Below are positions 1 to 9,460 of a DNA stretch of 64,000 nucleotides, piece after piece. The position numbers were made by a program, and so were the translations under genes. Source of the DNA: Candidatus Tayloriibacteriota bacterium (GTDB taxonomy: Bacteria; Patescibacteriota; Minisyncoccia; Phycocordibacterales; UBA6065); assembly GCA_016215405.1 (NCBI GenBank), contig JACRJQ010000002.1, positions 59,597 through 123,596 on the forward strand, in the 5' to 3' direction. Position 1 is the stretch's first letter. Each line of letters opens with the position of its first letter. A model generated the notes under the pieces. That model saw nothing but the letters and a program-made list of their open reading frames with translations, searched no databases and was not told the origin of the DNA.

Positions 1-649
1 TGTCGAATCCAGGCTTTATCCAACCGTTCCGAAAACCGAGGAATAAAAAGAAATCCAAGGCGGTCGCAGACGAGGGCGGCTCGGCCGTCGCAGGCAAACT
101 GATCTTTTGATTGTTTGCTACGAGAGCGCCGCCGTGCGGTATTCCAAGAGCCTTTTTCAGGCTAAATACAGAGATATCGCCATAAGAGCCCAAAGGCGTC
201 CCTTCGGGCGACCCGCCGCAGCAATGCGCGCAATCCTCTATGAAATAGATCTTTTCCTTCTTGCACAGCGCAGCGATCTCGCCGATGCGCTTCAGGGGAA
301 ATCCGAGATAGTGCGTCGCCAAGACAGCCGCAGTCGCTTCGGTCACAAGGACCTCGATCTCCTTTGGATCAACTTCCATCATGAAGTTGACTCTGTAAAA
401 ACGAGGTATGAAGCCGGCTTCTATCGCCGCTTGAATCTCCTCGCCGCATGAGTAGCTCGGGAGCAATATCTCCCTTTTCGGGGTAATCAAAGATATCGAT
501 TTCATTCCAAGATAAAGGGCGTTGCGGCCGTACATTGTGAACACTGTCCGATCATCACTTAAAGGCTCCCACAATCCTCTAATAAAGCGGATCGGGTCTG
601 CGGCTCCGAGCGACCCCTCGATATCGTAGTTTGAGCTAAATCTCTCCAT
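1..649 (-). CDS. DegT/DnrJ/EryC1/StrS-family PLP-dependent sugar aminotransferase, N-terminal ~216 aa (C-terminus runs past window start)
   Basis: Manual minus-strand translation from ATG at 649-647: MERFSSNYDIEGSLGAADPIRFIRGLWEPLSDDRTVFTMYGRNALYLGMKSISLITPKREILLPSYSCGEEIQAAIEAGFIPRFYRV...KEKIYFIEDCAHCCGGSPEGTPLGSYGDISVFSLKKALGIPHGGALVANN. The frame stays open to nt 1, so it is absent from the ORF track (no stop in window). The motif layout and the Lys-containing GDxxxFSxxK region fit the DegT family. Confidence 0.65.
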   Translation of the reverse strand, partial: MERFSSNYDIEGSLGAADPIRFIRGLWEPLSDDRTVFTMYGRNALYLGMKSISLITPKREILLPSYSCGEEIQAAIEAGFIPRFYRVNFMMEVDPKEIEVLVTEATAAVLATHYLGFPLKRIGEIAALCKKEKIYFIEDCAHCCGGSPEGTPLGSYGDISVFSLKKALGIPHGGALVANNQKISLPATAEPPSSATALDFFLFLGFRNGWIKPGFD

Positions 650-653
650 AAAA

Positions 654-2522
654 TCATATTTTAATATCGTAGGACTTTAGAAACCTGACTGGAAGAAACT
701 GCAGTTTGTGGGACCTGGTTCCCTCCTCGGGGCCCAATTCTCCATCGTTGATAAATTTTACCCCGTGTTTTTGGGCCTTTTCAATGCAGTGGATATAGGT
801 CGCATCTGAAACGCCTTTTGCTCCGCCCTTATCGGGGTCGTTGATCCCTTTTGTGGAGTAGAGCACTGCCCATCCAGGAAAATTCGGACAGAAGTGTAAA
901 ATGAAAGCGCTCACAGGCCTTCCCTCCATATAGCCAATTTCAGCGCAAATGTGGTCCGGAGCTTTGGCGAGCCGCGCGGTCTTCTGGTAGACGTATTTTT
1001 CCTTTTCAGCCTTATACTTTTTATACTTGCTTCCTTGCGTTGCTTGCCAGCGATCAAGGACAGAAAAGGCGTCGCCGAGGCTCTCTTCCGTAAGTCTTTT
1101 GAAAATCAGGCGCCCTTTCGCAAGGAGCCTATTCCTCGTGTTCCTCAGATTCGAAAAGTGCGCACCGGAAAGCTCCGCAAGCTTTGATGCATCATATATC
1201 GCCTCTTCTCTAGATCGCGGAACTATTCGCCAATCTTTGGCTAACGCGCTCTGATGCGATTTGACCCAATGCTCGCTGACGTTCTGTATTCTCACCTCGA
1301 TATCTGGATTCTCTCTTTTTAATAGGCGAACGGTTTCGATGAGATCGTCGGGCGCGCCGATGACCCTTGGCGTAAAAAGAATGAGATCCTTGACTCCTAT
1401 CCCGATAACCGCTTGCCACCGTTCCGTCGAGGCAAAAAATATCTCATAGTCAAAGGCGAGATATGCCATGATGTGGTAGGCATTATGCTCGAAAATCGGG
1501 TCAGGTTCCCCGACATACAGTCCATCGAGAACTGCCCGAGCTTCCTCGATCGAGACGGGTATCTCTCGCAGATTCGCGCCCTTGCTCCTTAAAGATTCTT
1601 TTATTCTTCCAGATCGATCCTTGGGATACATCACGGGTACAGAATGTTCTGGGTCGAGACGATAGATCAAGCCTCGTTCGTACATGCCCTCTGTCCAATA
1701 CAGTAATCCGTTTCTGTGGCGTTTCGAGAAGATCCGTGCGAGCTTCTGATATGAGCCGAAAATAACAGAGACTCTTGCGTCTATCTCTTTTTCTTTCCAC
1801 CCGAGGACGGTCTTATAGAATAACGAATCCCTCTTATACACCTGTTTGTAGACGGAATTGTCTTTGAAAGAAGGGTCCATAGCGACTCCGGATTCACCAA
1901 TTTCAGCAACGCACTCAGGCACAGAAGACAGCAGCTGGGCAACGACTGCTCCACGGCCTTTATTCTCGATCTCATCGCGAAAAGAGGCGTAGTTTTTTGC
2001 GAGGTCGTCTTTGTATCCTGTGTTCTTAAGATGCTGCAGGTTCTCTATCAAGAGGTCGCTGAAATACGCGATCCCAGTCGCGTCGATGCCCATCTCCCGC
2101 GCGGCCAGCACCATGTCTGTAAAAGCGGCCGCTGCTCTGTGGGTATGAGGGCCGATGCATGAATTGAATCCGTACTGCCCGGCGCCCGTCCTGTAAGACG
2201 GGCAAAATATCGCAAAAAAAATAAGTGGCTCACCGGTAAGAACCGAATGCGCCACTTTCTCTTGAATCTGCCTGCTCGATGCCCCATCCCTGAATTCGGC
2301 ATTGGTGGAGAGATTCATGAATGACCACCATCGTATAAGCACGGAGAGGACTTTGAGGTCGTCAGGTCCATACGCCGTCTTTTGGAACGTAACGGCCTTC
2401 CCGATCCCGCTCTGCCGCGCAAAGGTGACAAGAGAGCCGAGGTCTTTTGGAAAAACGCGAAGCTCGGGCGCGCATTCTTCCACGGCCTCCCTCCACGTCA
2501 TGATTTTCTCGGGTGATAGCAT
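654..2522 (-). CDS. large hypothetical protein (~620 aa); C-terminal region loosely reminiscent of FemAB/GNAT-like aminoacyl-transferase folds (weak)
   Basis: ORF track lists 654..2630, but its first 34 codons overlap the tRNA-Thr at 2527..2599. The start was trimmed to the in-frame ATG at 2522 (or 2501). The stop lies 5 nt from the start of the DegT-like gene, so the two are probably co-transcribed. Confidence 0.55.
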   Translation of the reverse strand: MLSPEKIMTWREAVEECAPELRVFPKDLGSLVTFARQSGIGKAVTFQKTAYGPDDLKVLSVLIRWWSFMNLSTNAEFRDGASSRQIQEKVAHSVLTGEPLIFFAIFCPSYRTGAGQYGFNSCIGPHTHRAAAAFTDMVLAAREMGIDATGIAYFSDLLIENLQHLKNTGYKDDLAKNYASFRDEIENKGRGAVVAQLLSSVPECVAEIGESGVAMDPSFKDNSVYKQVYKRDSLFYKTVLGWKEKEIDARVSVIFGSYQKLARIFSKRHRNGLLYWTEGMYERGLIYRLDPEHSVPVMYPKDRSGRIKESLRSKGANLREIPVSIEEARAVLDGLYVGEPDPIFEHNAYHIMAYLAFDYEIFFASTERWQAVIGIGVKDLILFTPRVIGAPDDLIETVRLLKRENPDIEVRIQNVSEHWVKSHQSALAKDWRIVPRSREEAIYDASKLAELSGAHFSNLRNTRNRLLAKGRLIFKRLTEESLGDAFSVLDRWQATQGSKYKKYKAEKEKYVYQKTARLAKAPDHICAEIGYMEGRPVSAFILHFCPNFPGWAVLYSTKGINDPDKGGAKGVSDATYIHCIEKAQKHGVKFINDGELGPEEGTRSHKLQFLPVRFLKSYDIKI

Positions 2523-2526
2523 AGTG

Positions 2527-2599
2527 AGCCCAGGGATGGACTTGAACCACCGGCCTCCCGCATACGATGCAGGCGCTCTCTCTGCTGAGCTACCTGGGC
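2527..2599 (-). tRNA. tRNA-Thr (anticodon CGT)
   Basis: Minus-strand sequence GCCCAGG-TA-GCTC-AGCAGAGA-GAGC-G-CCTGC-ATCGTAT-GCGGG-AGGCC-GGTGG-TTCAAGT-CCATC-CCTGGGC-T folds as a 73-nt cloverleaf. U33 precedes the anticodon CGU. No CCA is encoded. Confidence 0.8.
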
Positions 2600-2605
2600 A
2601 TTCCT

Positions 2606-3250
2606 TTAGACTAGCGCATTCACGACACATTGCAAGACATCTTCCGGTTTCTGTCCAGCATCAATGTCTGCTCTCGTCCTAGATGCGTCGCCAAGCGCGT
2701 CCAGCGTCTCTCTTAGCGATAGCGAGTGGTCGCGGTATCGCCTCTCGAGATTTTTGGGCTGATCGTCGTCCCGGACCTTCATCTCGCCTCCGCACGCAGG
2801 ACATCTACCGCCGACCGCTTCAGATGCCATAAACTGCGTAAGGCACTCGCCGCATATCCTTCTCAGAGATGCTCTGCGGAGGGCTTCTTTGAGGCCAAGG
2901 TCGAGAACGATGACCTTGTCAATTCGGATCGAAAGCGAATCGCAGAGCGTCAGAAATAGGCCAACTTCCCCTTTGTATTTCGGAAAGCCGTCAAGAATGA
3001 CGCCTTTTGCCGCCGTGTCGCGAAGGCTGCGTAGCCTCGACTCGACCACTCTCGCTATGAGCTCAGGAGGATATTCGACGACGGCGTCCAAACAAGCCTT
3101 CAGAAGAATTCCGTCAGCTGTGCCCTTCGATATTTCGGATCTCGTTATGTTGCCTACGGAAAGATAGGAATATCCAGTTCGCGCGGACAGCTCGAGCGCG
3201 GTCTTCGTCTTGCCGCTCGTTGGCGGGCCATACATGATCACACAGTTCAT
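2606..3250 (-). CDS. adk: adenylate kinase with zinc-binding lid
   Basis: 214 aa; P-loop GPPTSGKTK and a Cys4 lid (CGEC...CPACGG). Confidence 0.9.
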   Translation of the reverse strand: MNCVIMYGPPTSGKTKTALELSARTGYSYLSVGNITRSEISKGTADGILLKACLDAVVEYPPELIARVVESRLRSLRDTAAKGVILDGFPKYKGEVGLFLTLCDSLSIRIDKVIVLDLGLKEALRRASLRRICGECLTQFMASEAVGGRCPACGGEMKVRDDDQPKNLERRYRDHSLSLRETLDALGDASRTRADIDAGQKPEDVLQCVVNALV

Positions 3251-3366
3251 AAAGAAAAAAGCTTAAGGTTCACGTTCGTACTCCGCAGCAATATAACCAC
3301 ACAATCTGTAAATTGAACAGGTGCAGCGGCCTGGCGGAATGTCGGTGCTGCGGCAAGCGCAGACGC

Positions 3367-5061
3367 TTACTTTACTTCCGGGAGCTCTATATAGAACTGA
3401 CTTCCCTTTCCTTCGCCTTCGGATTCCGCCCAGATGCGGCCGCCATGAGCCTCCATGATCTGCTTCGCTATAAAGAGGCCGAGGCCGGTGCCGTGGATGT
3501 TCGCCTCGTTCGCGGAAGGCGCCCTCGAGAACTTCTGGAAGAGTTTCGGCATGACGTCTGGCCTGATGCCGACGCCCGTGTCTGCGATTTTAAGGCGTAC
3601 CGTTCCCTTCTTCGCGTCTTTCTCGAGAGAGACCGCAAGAGAACCTTCTTTCGTATATTTGACGGAGTTATCGATCGTGTTCATGACCACTTGCTTGAAC
3701 TTGTCGGGGTCTGCCTTGATCTTGTATGTCTGACCGTCGTCGATCGAGACGACGAACTTGAGGCCCTTCGCGTCGATATTAGGTTTCTGCTCGTTAACCA
3801 CCTCTTTGACCATGTCTTTGAAGTCGATCTCCCTGAGATCGTATTTCATCGTGCCGAGCTCAATGCGGGAGATGTTGAGATAGTCCTCGACGACATTCGC
3901 GAGCGTCTTTACCGACGTGAGTATCGTCTGCACGCCTTCTTTCACGCCTCCTTCTACCTTGCCATAGTCGCCCTCGAGTATGAGAGACGCGTTGCCCCTC
4001 ATCGCGGCGAGAGGGCTTCGAAGCTGATGCGTAGCGAACGATACGAATTCCGTCTTCTGTATATCGAGCTCCTTGAGCCTCGCGTTCGCCTTTTCGAGCT
4101 GCTCTTTCTGGGTCTGTATGAGCTCTCGGGCCTCGACCTCTCTCTTGACGCTCTTTACAAGAAGATATCCGAACCCGAGCGAGAGAGCGAGCGTGACTCC
4201 GTTAAGCACTCGGTTAATCGGATTTCTAATGAAGAAAAATTGCGAACCAATGAGTATCACAAGACCGACGACAAGGGCCTGTGCGGCGATAAGTTTTATA
4301 TTGAAAGCTTTATATCTTACGATTATATAGGTAAGAAATGCGATAAATATCGTCATTCCGAAGTATCCGTACTGCTCGATAGCGAAAGTATCAGGCTCTG
4401 CATCGAATAAATTGGCGATGCTCGCAATATAGGTCGCCACTGAGAAACATAAAAGGAAAAGAGAGATACCTACGGTAGAGAGGAGTATCTGCTTTTTCTT
4501 GGATTCCTCCTTCGCCCTCAAATACTCTCTCGCCCCGAATACAACGCACCAGGCGAAAATCATCCCAGCGAGGATGTAGCTCGCATTGATGATGAAGGGG
4601 TTTTCGACAGCGCTACAATTCGGAACATCGAAGCCTTCGAGTGTGAATGTGGTCGCCGACGCGAGCAAGATTGGAGTAAGTAGCAGCCCGAAGACGACCT
4701 TCCACGCAGCTGAGGCGTCCTTACCCTTTATGAAGGTATATAGAAAATAGAGACTCAGCGCGAAAATACTCGTGAAAAAGATGAACCAATAGGACCATAT
4801 GAACATGAGCACCCTGCTGTCTATCTGTGTCCACAGCAGGATATCGCCTATGCTCCAAAGGGAGAACATGATCGATATCGTGGCGATGACTTTGGCCGCG
4901 ATAGAACCCCTGTTGTGGTAAATAAGGAAAAAGCTCAACAGAAGCGAGACAATAATGGCAGTAAGATGCGAATAGTAGACAAGTACCGGCACCTCACCGG
5001 AAAAAAGGGCGAACTTCAGTGTGCTGTAGATGCTTAGCGAAAGTGCGTCTGCGCAATACAT
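3367..5061 (-). CDS. sensor histidine kinase with multi-pass N-terminal membrane domain
   Basis: About 8 predicted TM helices, a coiled coil, an H-box (FATHQLRSPLAAM) and a HATPase_c region (GTGLGLFIAKQIMEAHGG). The ORF track begins at 5130, but a strong hairpin+T-run terminator (5088-5120) sits inside that extension, so the start was placed at the ATG at 5061, preceded by TATAAT at 5068-5073 on the minus strand. Confidence 0.8.
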   Translation of the reverse strand: MYCADALSLSIYSTLKFALFSGEVPVLVYYSHLTAIIVSLLLSFFLIYHNRGSIAAKVIATISIMFSLWSIGDILLWTQIDSRVLMFIWSYWFIFFTSIFALSLYFLYTFIKGKDASAAWKVVFGLLLTPILLASATTFTLEGFDVPNCSAVENPFIINASYILAGMIFAWCVVFGAREYLRAKEESKKKQILLSTVGISLFLLCFSVATYIASIANLFDAEPDTFAIEQYGYFGMTIFIAFLTYIIVRYKAFNIKLIAAQALVVGLVILIGSQFFFIRNPINRVLNGVTLALSLGFGYLLVKSVKREVEARELIQTQKEQLEKANARLKELDIQKTEFVSFATHQLRSPLAAMRGNASLILEGDYGKVEGGVKEGVQTILTSVKTLANVVEDYLNISRIELGTMKYDLREIDFKDMVKEVVNEQKPNIDAKGLKFVVSIDDGQTYKIKADPDKFKQVVMNTIDNSVKYTKEGSLAVSLEKDAKKGTVRLKIADTGVGIRPDVMPKLFQKFSRAPSANEANIHGTGLGLFIAKQIMEAHGGRIWAESEGEGKGSQFYIELPEVK

Positions 5062-5087
5062 ATGGTCATTATACACATAAGACACGC

Positions 5088-5120
5088 AAAAAAAGCGCCG
5101 CCTGTGTGGACAGGCGGCGC
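5088..5120 (-). terminator. intrinsic terminator of upstream membrane-protein gene
   Basis: GCGCCGCCTGT-GTGGA-CAGGCGGCGC hairpin followed by TTTTTTT on the minus strand. Confidence 0.6.
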
Positions 5121-5130
5121 GAGGGAACAT

Positions 5131-5688
5131 TCAGATTCTTTCGGCGAGCCACTGTGCCCATTCCGTGTGCTTGAACGGCTGATAAATCAGCCAGTAGAGC
5201 GTGCTCCAGAAGAGCATACTCAGGAGCACAGACGGAACGGTTATCTTGATCGTTGTCTTCATCAGACCGTCCTCTTTTCTGCGAAGAAGCAGGGTCACAT
5301 AGTCCGGGTCGAGGTAGTAGATGCTACCGACCCAGAAGATGAGAAGCCGCCTCTTCGTGAACCAGCGGACGAATCTTGCCGTGAACTGATTGTGAGTCAG
5401 ATTCTCGTCAGAGAGCGCTCTCGCCTCCTCGATACCAGTGATGTCGACCCCATTTTTCAGGAAGAAATCGCTGATAAGGACGATTGCGATGCACACCATG
5501 ACGTAGAGCGGCGTGACAAAGACTATCGCTTTGAGCCATCCGAATTCCGGATCGCCCACGATGAACGCCAGCATTGGCACATCCGTAAAAATCCGAGTTG
5601 CCACCGTGATAATTCTCTCGGTGACAAAAAATTTCCCTGCTTTGCCGGTTCCCTTGGCAAAAACAAGGAGCTTATCTTTAAGTTGCAA
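5131..5688 (-). CDS. hypothetical integral membrane protein
   Basis: 185 aa with several hydrophobic helices; the stop directly abuts the terminator at 5088-5120. Confidence 0.55.
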   Translation of the reverse strand: MQLKDKLLVFAKGTGKAGKFFVTERIITVATRIFTDVPMLAFIVGDPEFGWLKAIVFVTPLYVMVCIAIVLISDFFLKNGVDITGIEEARALSDENLTHNQFTARFVRWFTKRRLLIFWVGSIYYLDPDYVTLLLRRKEDGLMKTTIKITVPSVLLSMLFWSTLYWLIYQPFKHTEWAQWLAERI

Positions 5689-5751
5689 GGATCAGTCCCC
5701 CGTATCTGAGTTGTTCTCGGGACACCGCGGAATGCGGCAGCCTCAAGTTTA

Positions 5752-5779
5752 ATTATAGCATAATTTGTAGTATTGTCAA
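5752..5779 (-). promoter_or_regulatory. sigma-70-like promoter (TTGACA-N16-TATAAT) for the membrane protein / HK genes
   Basis: Minus strand reads TTGACAatactacaaattatgcTATAAT. Confidence 0.45.
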
Positions 5780-5784
5780 ATACA

Positions 5785-5807
5785 AAAGCCGCTTATTCAG
5801 CGGCTTT
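5785..5807 (-). terminator. bidirectional hairpin terminator after the speH-speE fusion gene
   Basis: AAAGCCGCT-TATTC-AGCGGCTTT, 8 nt downstream of the stop at 5819; on the minus strand the stem is followed by TTTTGTATTTG. Confidence 0.6.
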
Positions 5808-5818
5808 ACGCAGCCATT

Positions 5819-6916
5819 CTAGGAACCCTCCTTCGTTGAGTAGAGAAAAGCGTTCTTTTCGCTGAAACTAGGAATCAATACGTCCCTCCTCTCTACGTTG
5901 CCGAACTCCTCTTCTGCGAGAGTCGTGAGGATCTTTGCCGAGTCGACATACTTTCTCACGACCTTAGACGCTCCTGCCTGCGCGCTGAACCAGCCGCCCT
6001 CCTTAAGAAGCGTTTTCGAGAGCGAAAAGATCTTGGAATAGAATTTCTTCATTTCCTTTTTCGTATCTCCCCTACCTATCGGGTTATCTGTAAGGTCACT
6101 TACGATGCCGTCGAATTTCTCTCCTCCACGCGCCAAGAGAGTCTCCATGTAGGAAACCGCATCGCCGATGTTGAGATTCACGTTCGGATGAGAGAATATC
6201 CTCTGTCCTAAGTGTTTCTTTGCATAATTTACGACCTCAGGATCAAGATCTACGACGGTTATCTTCGCACCAGGATTCATCTTTAACGCCGTCTCTGCCA
6301 CATATCCATCGCCTCCACCAAGCACGAGAATGTTCCTGTCCTTTGGTAGCATCTTGGCGAGGATCGCTCTGTCGTATGTCTCATGATCGAGGTCAGAAGT
6401 CTGCACGAGTCCGTCTATCACCATACATCGCCCGTACTTCGTGGTATCAACGATCTGAATGTGCTGAAAAGCTGAATGAATATCTGCGAGCTTTGCAACC
6501 ACCGGGATATTCTCATTCTTTCCTGTCGCGTATACCGGCGAAGTGAGGTAGTCCATGGTCACGTACCCCCTCTTTATCTTGTGCGTCTCTGATCGAGAGT
6601 GAGAGAGCGCCTTCTTGAGATAATCGACGGCCTTCTTCGTATCATCTCCGCGACTGCAGCTAAAGACATCGCAAGCGACGTAGTTGTATTCCGGCCAAGT
6701 ATGGAAAGACATATGCGACGTCGAGAGGAGGAGGAACCCTGTGATGCCTTGCGGCTCGAACTGATGATAGTAGCTGTGAAGCACCTCCATGTTCGCCTCC
6801 TTCGCGGCCTCGAGCAGCGACTTCTGCCAGAATTCGAGCGAATCGAGCTGGTGCGGATCGCAACCAAAGAAATCGACAGTGTAATGAGCTCCCTTTACTC
6901 GCTGCTTTTTCTTCAT
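5819..6916 (-). CDS. bifunctional S-adenosylmethionine decarboxylase (pyruvoyl, SpeH-type) / spermidine synthase fusion
   Basis: N-terminus YTVDFFGCD...LSTSHMSFHTWPE matches the AdoMetDC proenzyme processing region. The C-terminal half carries the aminopropyltransferase motifs VLVLGGGDGYVAETALK and VVDLDPEVV. Confidence 0.8.
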   Translation of the reverse strand: MKKKQRVKGAHYTVDFFGCDPHQLDSLEFWQKSLLEAAKEANMEVLHSYYHQFEPQGITGFLLLSTSHMSFHTWPEYNYVACDVFSCSRGDDTKKAVDYLKKALSHSRSETHKIKRGYVTMDYLTSPVYATGKNENIPVVAKLADIHSAFQHIQIVDTTKYGRCMVIDGLVQTSDLDHETYDRAILAKMLPKDRNILVLGGGDGYVAETALKMNPGAKITVVDLDPEVVNYAKKHLGQRIFSHPNVNLNIGDAVSYMETLLARGGEKFDGIVSDLTDNPIGRGDTKKEMKKFYSKIFSLSKTLLKEGGWFSAQAGASKVVRKYVDSAKILTTLAEEEFGNVERRDVLIPSFSEKNAFLYSTKEGS

Positions 6917-6923
6917 TTGAAAT

Positions 6924-7334
6924 CTATTTTAATTCCCCCGTTAGCTCGTCATCAGTCGTAGTCGCGGCCTCATTCATCGGCTGAGCCTCCACAGTGATGC
7001 ACACCTCTCCCTCTTCAAGGGACTCCTCGGAACATGAGGTCATATAGCAACCCTCTTCTTCCTGCGAGCATGTCAGCTCGTCACACTCCTCTAGCGGCCC
7101 ACACCTCGGCACATTGTAAGCCATCTTTTCTATTTTCTTGTACGGAGTCAGATCGCATTCCGGGTCAGATTCGCTGCAATCCATAGCGAAGCATGATTCA
7201 TTGAACAGGTCGCAGGAACTCGTACCGTAGATAGTAAAGTCGCGATCGACTATAAAGACTTTGTATTTCCAGACCGAGACACCTATCAATAACAGCACAA
7301 ATAGAGCCGTTATAATTTTGGACTTTATATCCAT
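6924..7334 (-). CDS. small cysteine-rich protein with N-terminal signal anchor (hypothetical)
   Basis: 136 aa; N-terminal hydrophobic helix, then 13 Cys and an acidic tail; lower GC than its surroundings. Confidence 0.45.
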   Translation of the reverse strand: MDIKSKIITALFVLLLIGVSVWKYKVFIVDRDFTIYGTSSCDLFNESCFAMDCSESDPECDLTPYKKIEKMAYNVPRCGPLEECDELTCSQEEEGCYMTSCSEESLEEGEVCITVEAQPMNEAATTTDDELTGELK

Positions 7335-7518
7335 ATTGATAGGGATTATAACCCATTTACATTAAGAGCGCGACGTGATGTGTAAAATCCGCACCACAGT
7401 CCTAAAGGGCCGCAAAAGGACATCACCCCTTTTAAATTGTCAAAAAAAGGGGGGGTAGCAAATCTCGATATAGCGCGCTTTTGTGCTCGATCGCTCGTCG
7501 GCCAGCATAAAAAGAAGG

Positions 7519-7548
7519 GTCGCCTGCGCGACCCTTCTGCGTTTTGTC
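7519..7548 (-). terminator. intrinsic terminator after the ABC transporter gene
   Basis: GAAGGGTCGC-CTGC-GCGACCCTTC; on the minus strand it is followed by TTTTTATGC. Confidence 0.55.
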
Positions 7549-7562
7549 CGATCCTACCCTTT

Positions 7563-9317
7563 TCAGCTCCTCGCCTCCCCTTGCGAGAGCATCTCGCTAA
7601 AGAACAGCGCTTCGTATTGCGGGACCTTGTTCATGAGGTCCCAGTGCTTGCCCACCGCTACGACCTTTCCATCCTTCACGAAGGCGACTTGGTCAGAGAG
7701 GAGCGCCGTCGTATACCGATGCGCGATAGCGAGCACCGTTATACCCCGCTCTTTGGCGATCTTGCGAATCGCTTCGAGGACCTTGGCCTCGTTCTCGTTG
7801 TCGAGCGCGCTCGTCGCCTCGTCGAGGACGAGAAGCTTCGGGTTCGACATGAGGGCACGCGCTATCGCGATCCTCTGACGCTCTCCCCCCGACACCCTGT
7901 CTATGGGCTCGCCGAGGCGATGGCTGTCGCAGAGGTCCCCGAGCCTGATATCCCGCAAGAGCCTCTCTTTCGCTTCGAACGGGACATCCTTTGCGTGACC
8001 GTTAAGCGCATAGTCGATGTTCTCTTCGATGGTCATACTAGAGAAGAACAGAGGCTTTTGCTCAACGAGTCCCACGAACCTCCAGAACGACCTCATGTCG
8101 AGCGTCCTCATGTCTCTGCCGCTTACGAGCACCCGTCCATCCCGAGGCCGGAACGCTCCGATCGCCATGTTGGCGATCGTCGTCTTTCCCGACCCTGACG
8201 GCCCCACGAGCGCCGTGATGCTCCCTGGAGACATCTCCAGGGACACGTTGTCGATCGCGGCCCTTCTCTGAAACGACGAGCCGAGATGCCGGTATGAGGC
8301 GCTTTCGATCTTCAGTCCCTCGAAGGAGTCGATTTTTATCGAGCTCTCCGGAGCCGTCTCGAGGGACGGCGTCTCGAAGAACTCGATGAGGGCCATGATG
8401 CGGGACCATTCTTCCATAAGCGACCTTTGCAGAGCGCCCATCGAGAACATGGAATCGAACGCGGCATACGACCACCCCATCACGACGATGAAGTAGCTCG
8501 GCTCGATCTCCCCCTTTGCCATGAGGCGAAGGGAGATGAAGAGCACGAGCGTCATGCAGGCGAAGCAGAACATGTCGCGCTGCACCAGGGTCCTGGTTAT
8601 ATGGCCGAGCCACAGCTCCTCGCCCTTCCTGGCGTACTTACCGTATTCCGACCTATAGTCGTCGACGGCCCGTTTGCCTTGATTGGTGAGGATGATGAGC
8701 CGCATATTCGCCGCCTTCTCCCAGAATTCTGCGCCGATGCGGTTCTCTTCCCTATCGTATTCCTTTACCCTCTCGAATATGTCCCAGTCTATCTTGATGC
8801 CCACCGCGATGAAGCAGAGGAGGCACAAGAGGACTATGGACGCCACGAGCCAGTGGATGAAGAAGAGGCCGACGGCGGTCACGAAGAGCAAGGAGGCGAT
8901 AGGCAAGATATCCGTGAATATCTTGCTTATCGTCCCTCTTACCGCGAGCTCGCCTTTCTCGATGACCTCCCTGCGCCTCTCGCTGCCTTCGGTCACCTGT
9001 TCGAGCGACAGTCCGCAGAGCTTCTTCAAAACGGCGACGTCGAGCCTCTCAAGGAGGCCGTAGCCGATCCTCTTGAAGTTCTCTTTGGTTTGGACGGACC
9101 TCAAGACGATCGCGAAGAGCGTCGCCGCCGTCGCCATCGCCGCGAGGGCGTAGTCGACCATGCCGGTCTTTGTGAACTCATCGGCGATCCGTCCGTAAAG
9201 ATACGGCGCGGCGATCACCATGAGGGGCATGAGAAGCGTCGCCGCCCCTAATACCAAGAATTGCGGTAGAAACGGCAGGCATATCCTGACGATCTTTCTG
9301 ACGGTGTGTGGCTTCAC
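7563..9317 (-). CDS. ABC transporter, fused permease/ATP-binding (exporter type)
   Basis: Six-TM N-terminal domain, Walker A GPSGSGKTT, signature LSGGERQRIAIARAL, Walker B LLVLDEATSALD. Confidence 0.9.
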   Translation of the reverse strand: MKPHTVRKIVRICLPFLPQFLVLGAATLLMPLMVIAAPYLYGRIADEFTKTGMVDYALAAMATAATLFAIVLRSVQTKENFKRIGYGLLERLDVAVLKKLCGLSLEQVTEGSERRREVIEKGELAVRGTISKIFTDILPIASLLFVTAVGLFFIHWLVASIVLLCLLCFIAVGIKIDWDIFERVKEYDREENRIGAEFWEKAANMRLIILTNQGKRAVDDYRSEYGKYARKGEELWLGHITRTLVQRDMFCFACMTLVLFISLRLMAKGEIEPSYFIVVMGWSYAAFDSMFSMGALQRSLMEEWSRIMALIEFFETPSLETAPESSIKIDSFEGLKIESASYRHLGSSFQRRAAIDNVSLEMSPGSITALVGPSGSGKTTIANMAIGAFRPRDGRVLVSGRDMRTLDMRSFWRFVGLVEQKPLFFSSMTIEENIDYALNGHAKDVPFEAKERLLRDIRLGDLCDSHRLGEPIDRVSGGERQRIAIARALMSNPKLLVLDEATSALDNENEAKVLEAIRKIAKERGITVLAIAHRYTTALLSDQVAFVKDGKVVAVGKHWDLMNKVPQYEALFFSEMLSQGEARS

Positions 9318-9361
9318 TCTGGTTCCTTTCGTTGTGCTGGTTGCTGAGCTGAAATGGATTC

Positions 9362-9390
9362 AAAGAACAAAACTGGCCGTGATCGGCCAG
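9362..9390 (-). terminator. intrinsic terminator after dnaJ
   Basis: CTGGCCG-TGAT-CGGCCAG hairpin; on the minus strand it is followed by TTTTGTTCTTTG. Confidence 0.5.
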
Positions 9391-9460
9391 GTCTTGTCGG
9401 AAATTTTTCAATTTCTAATTTCCAGAGGTACTACGCGGGAAAGATGGTCTTTGTTTCCCT

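Noticed and set aside
2523-2630. N-terminal 36 codons of the 658-aa track ORF
   Set aside because: They overlap tRNA-Thr (2527-2599) on the same strand; the start was moved to the ATG at 2522.
3313-4410. 365-aa plus-strand ORF
   Set aside because: It is antisense to the histidine kinase, which has clear H-box and ATPase motifs.
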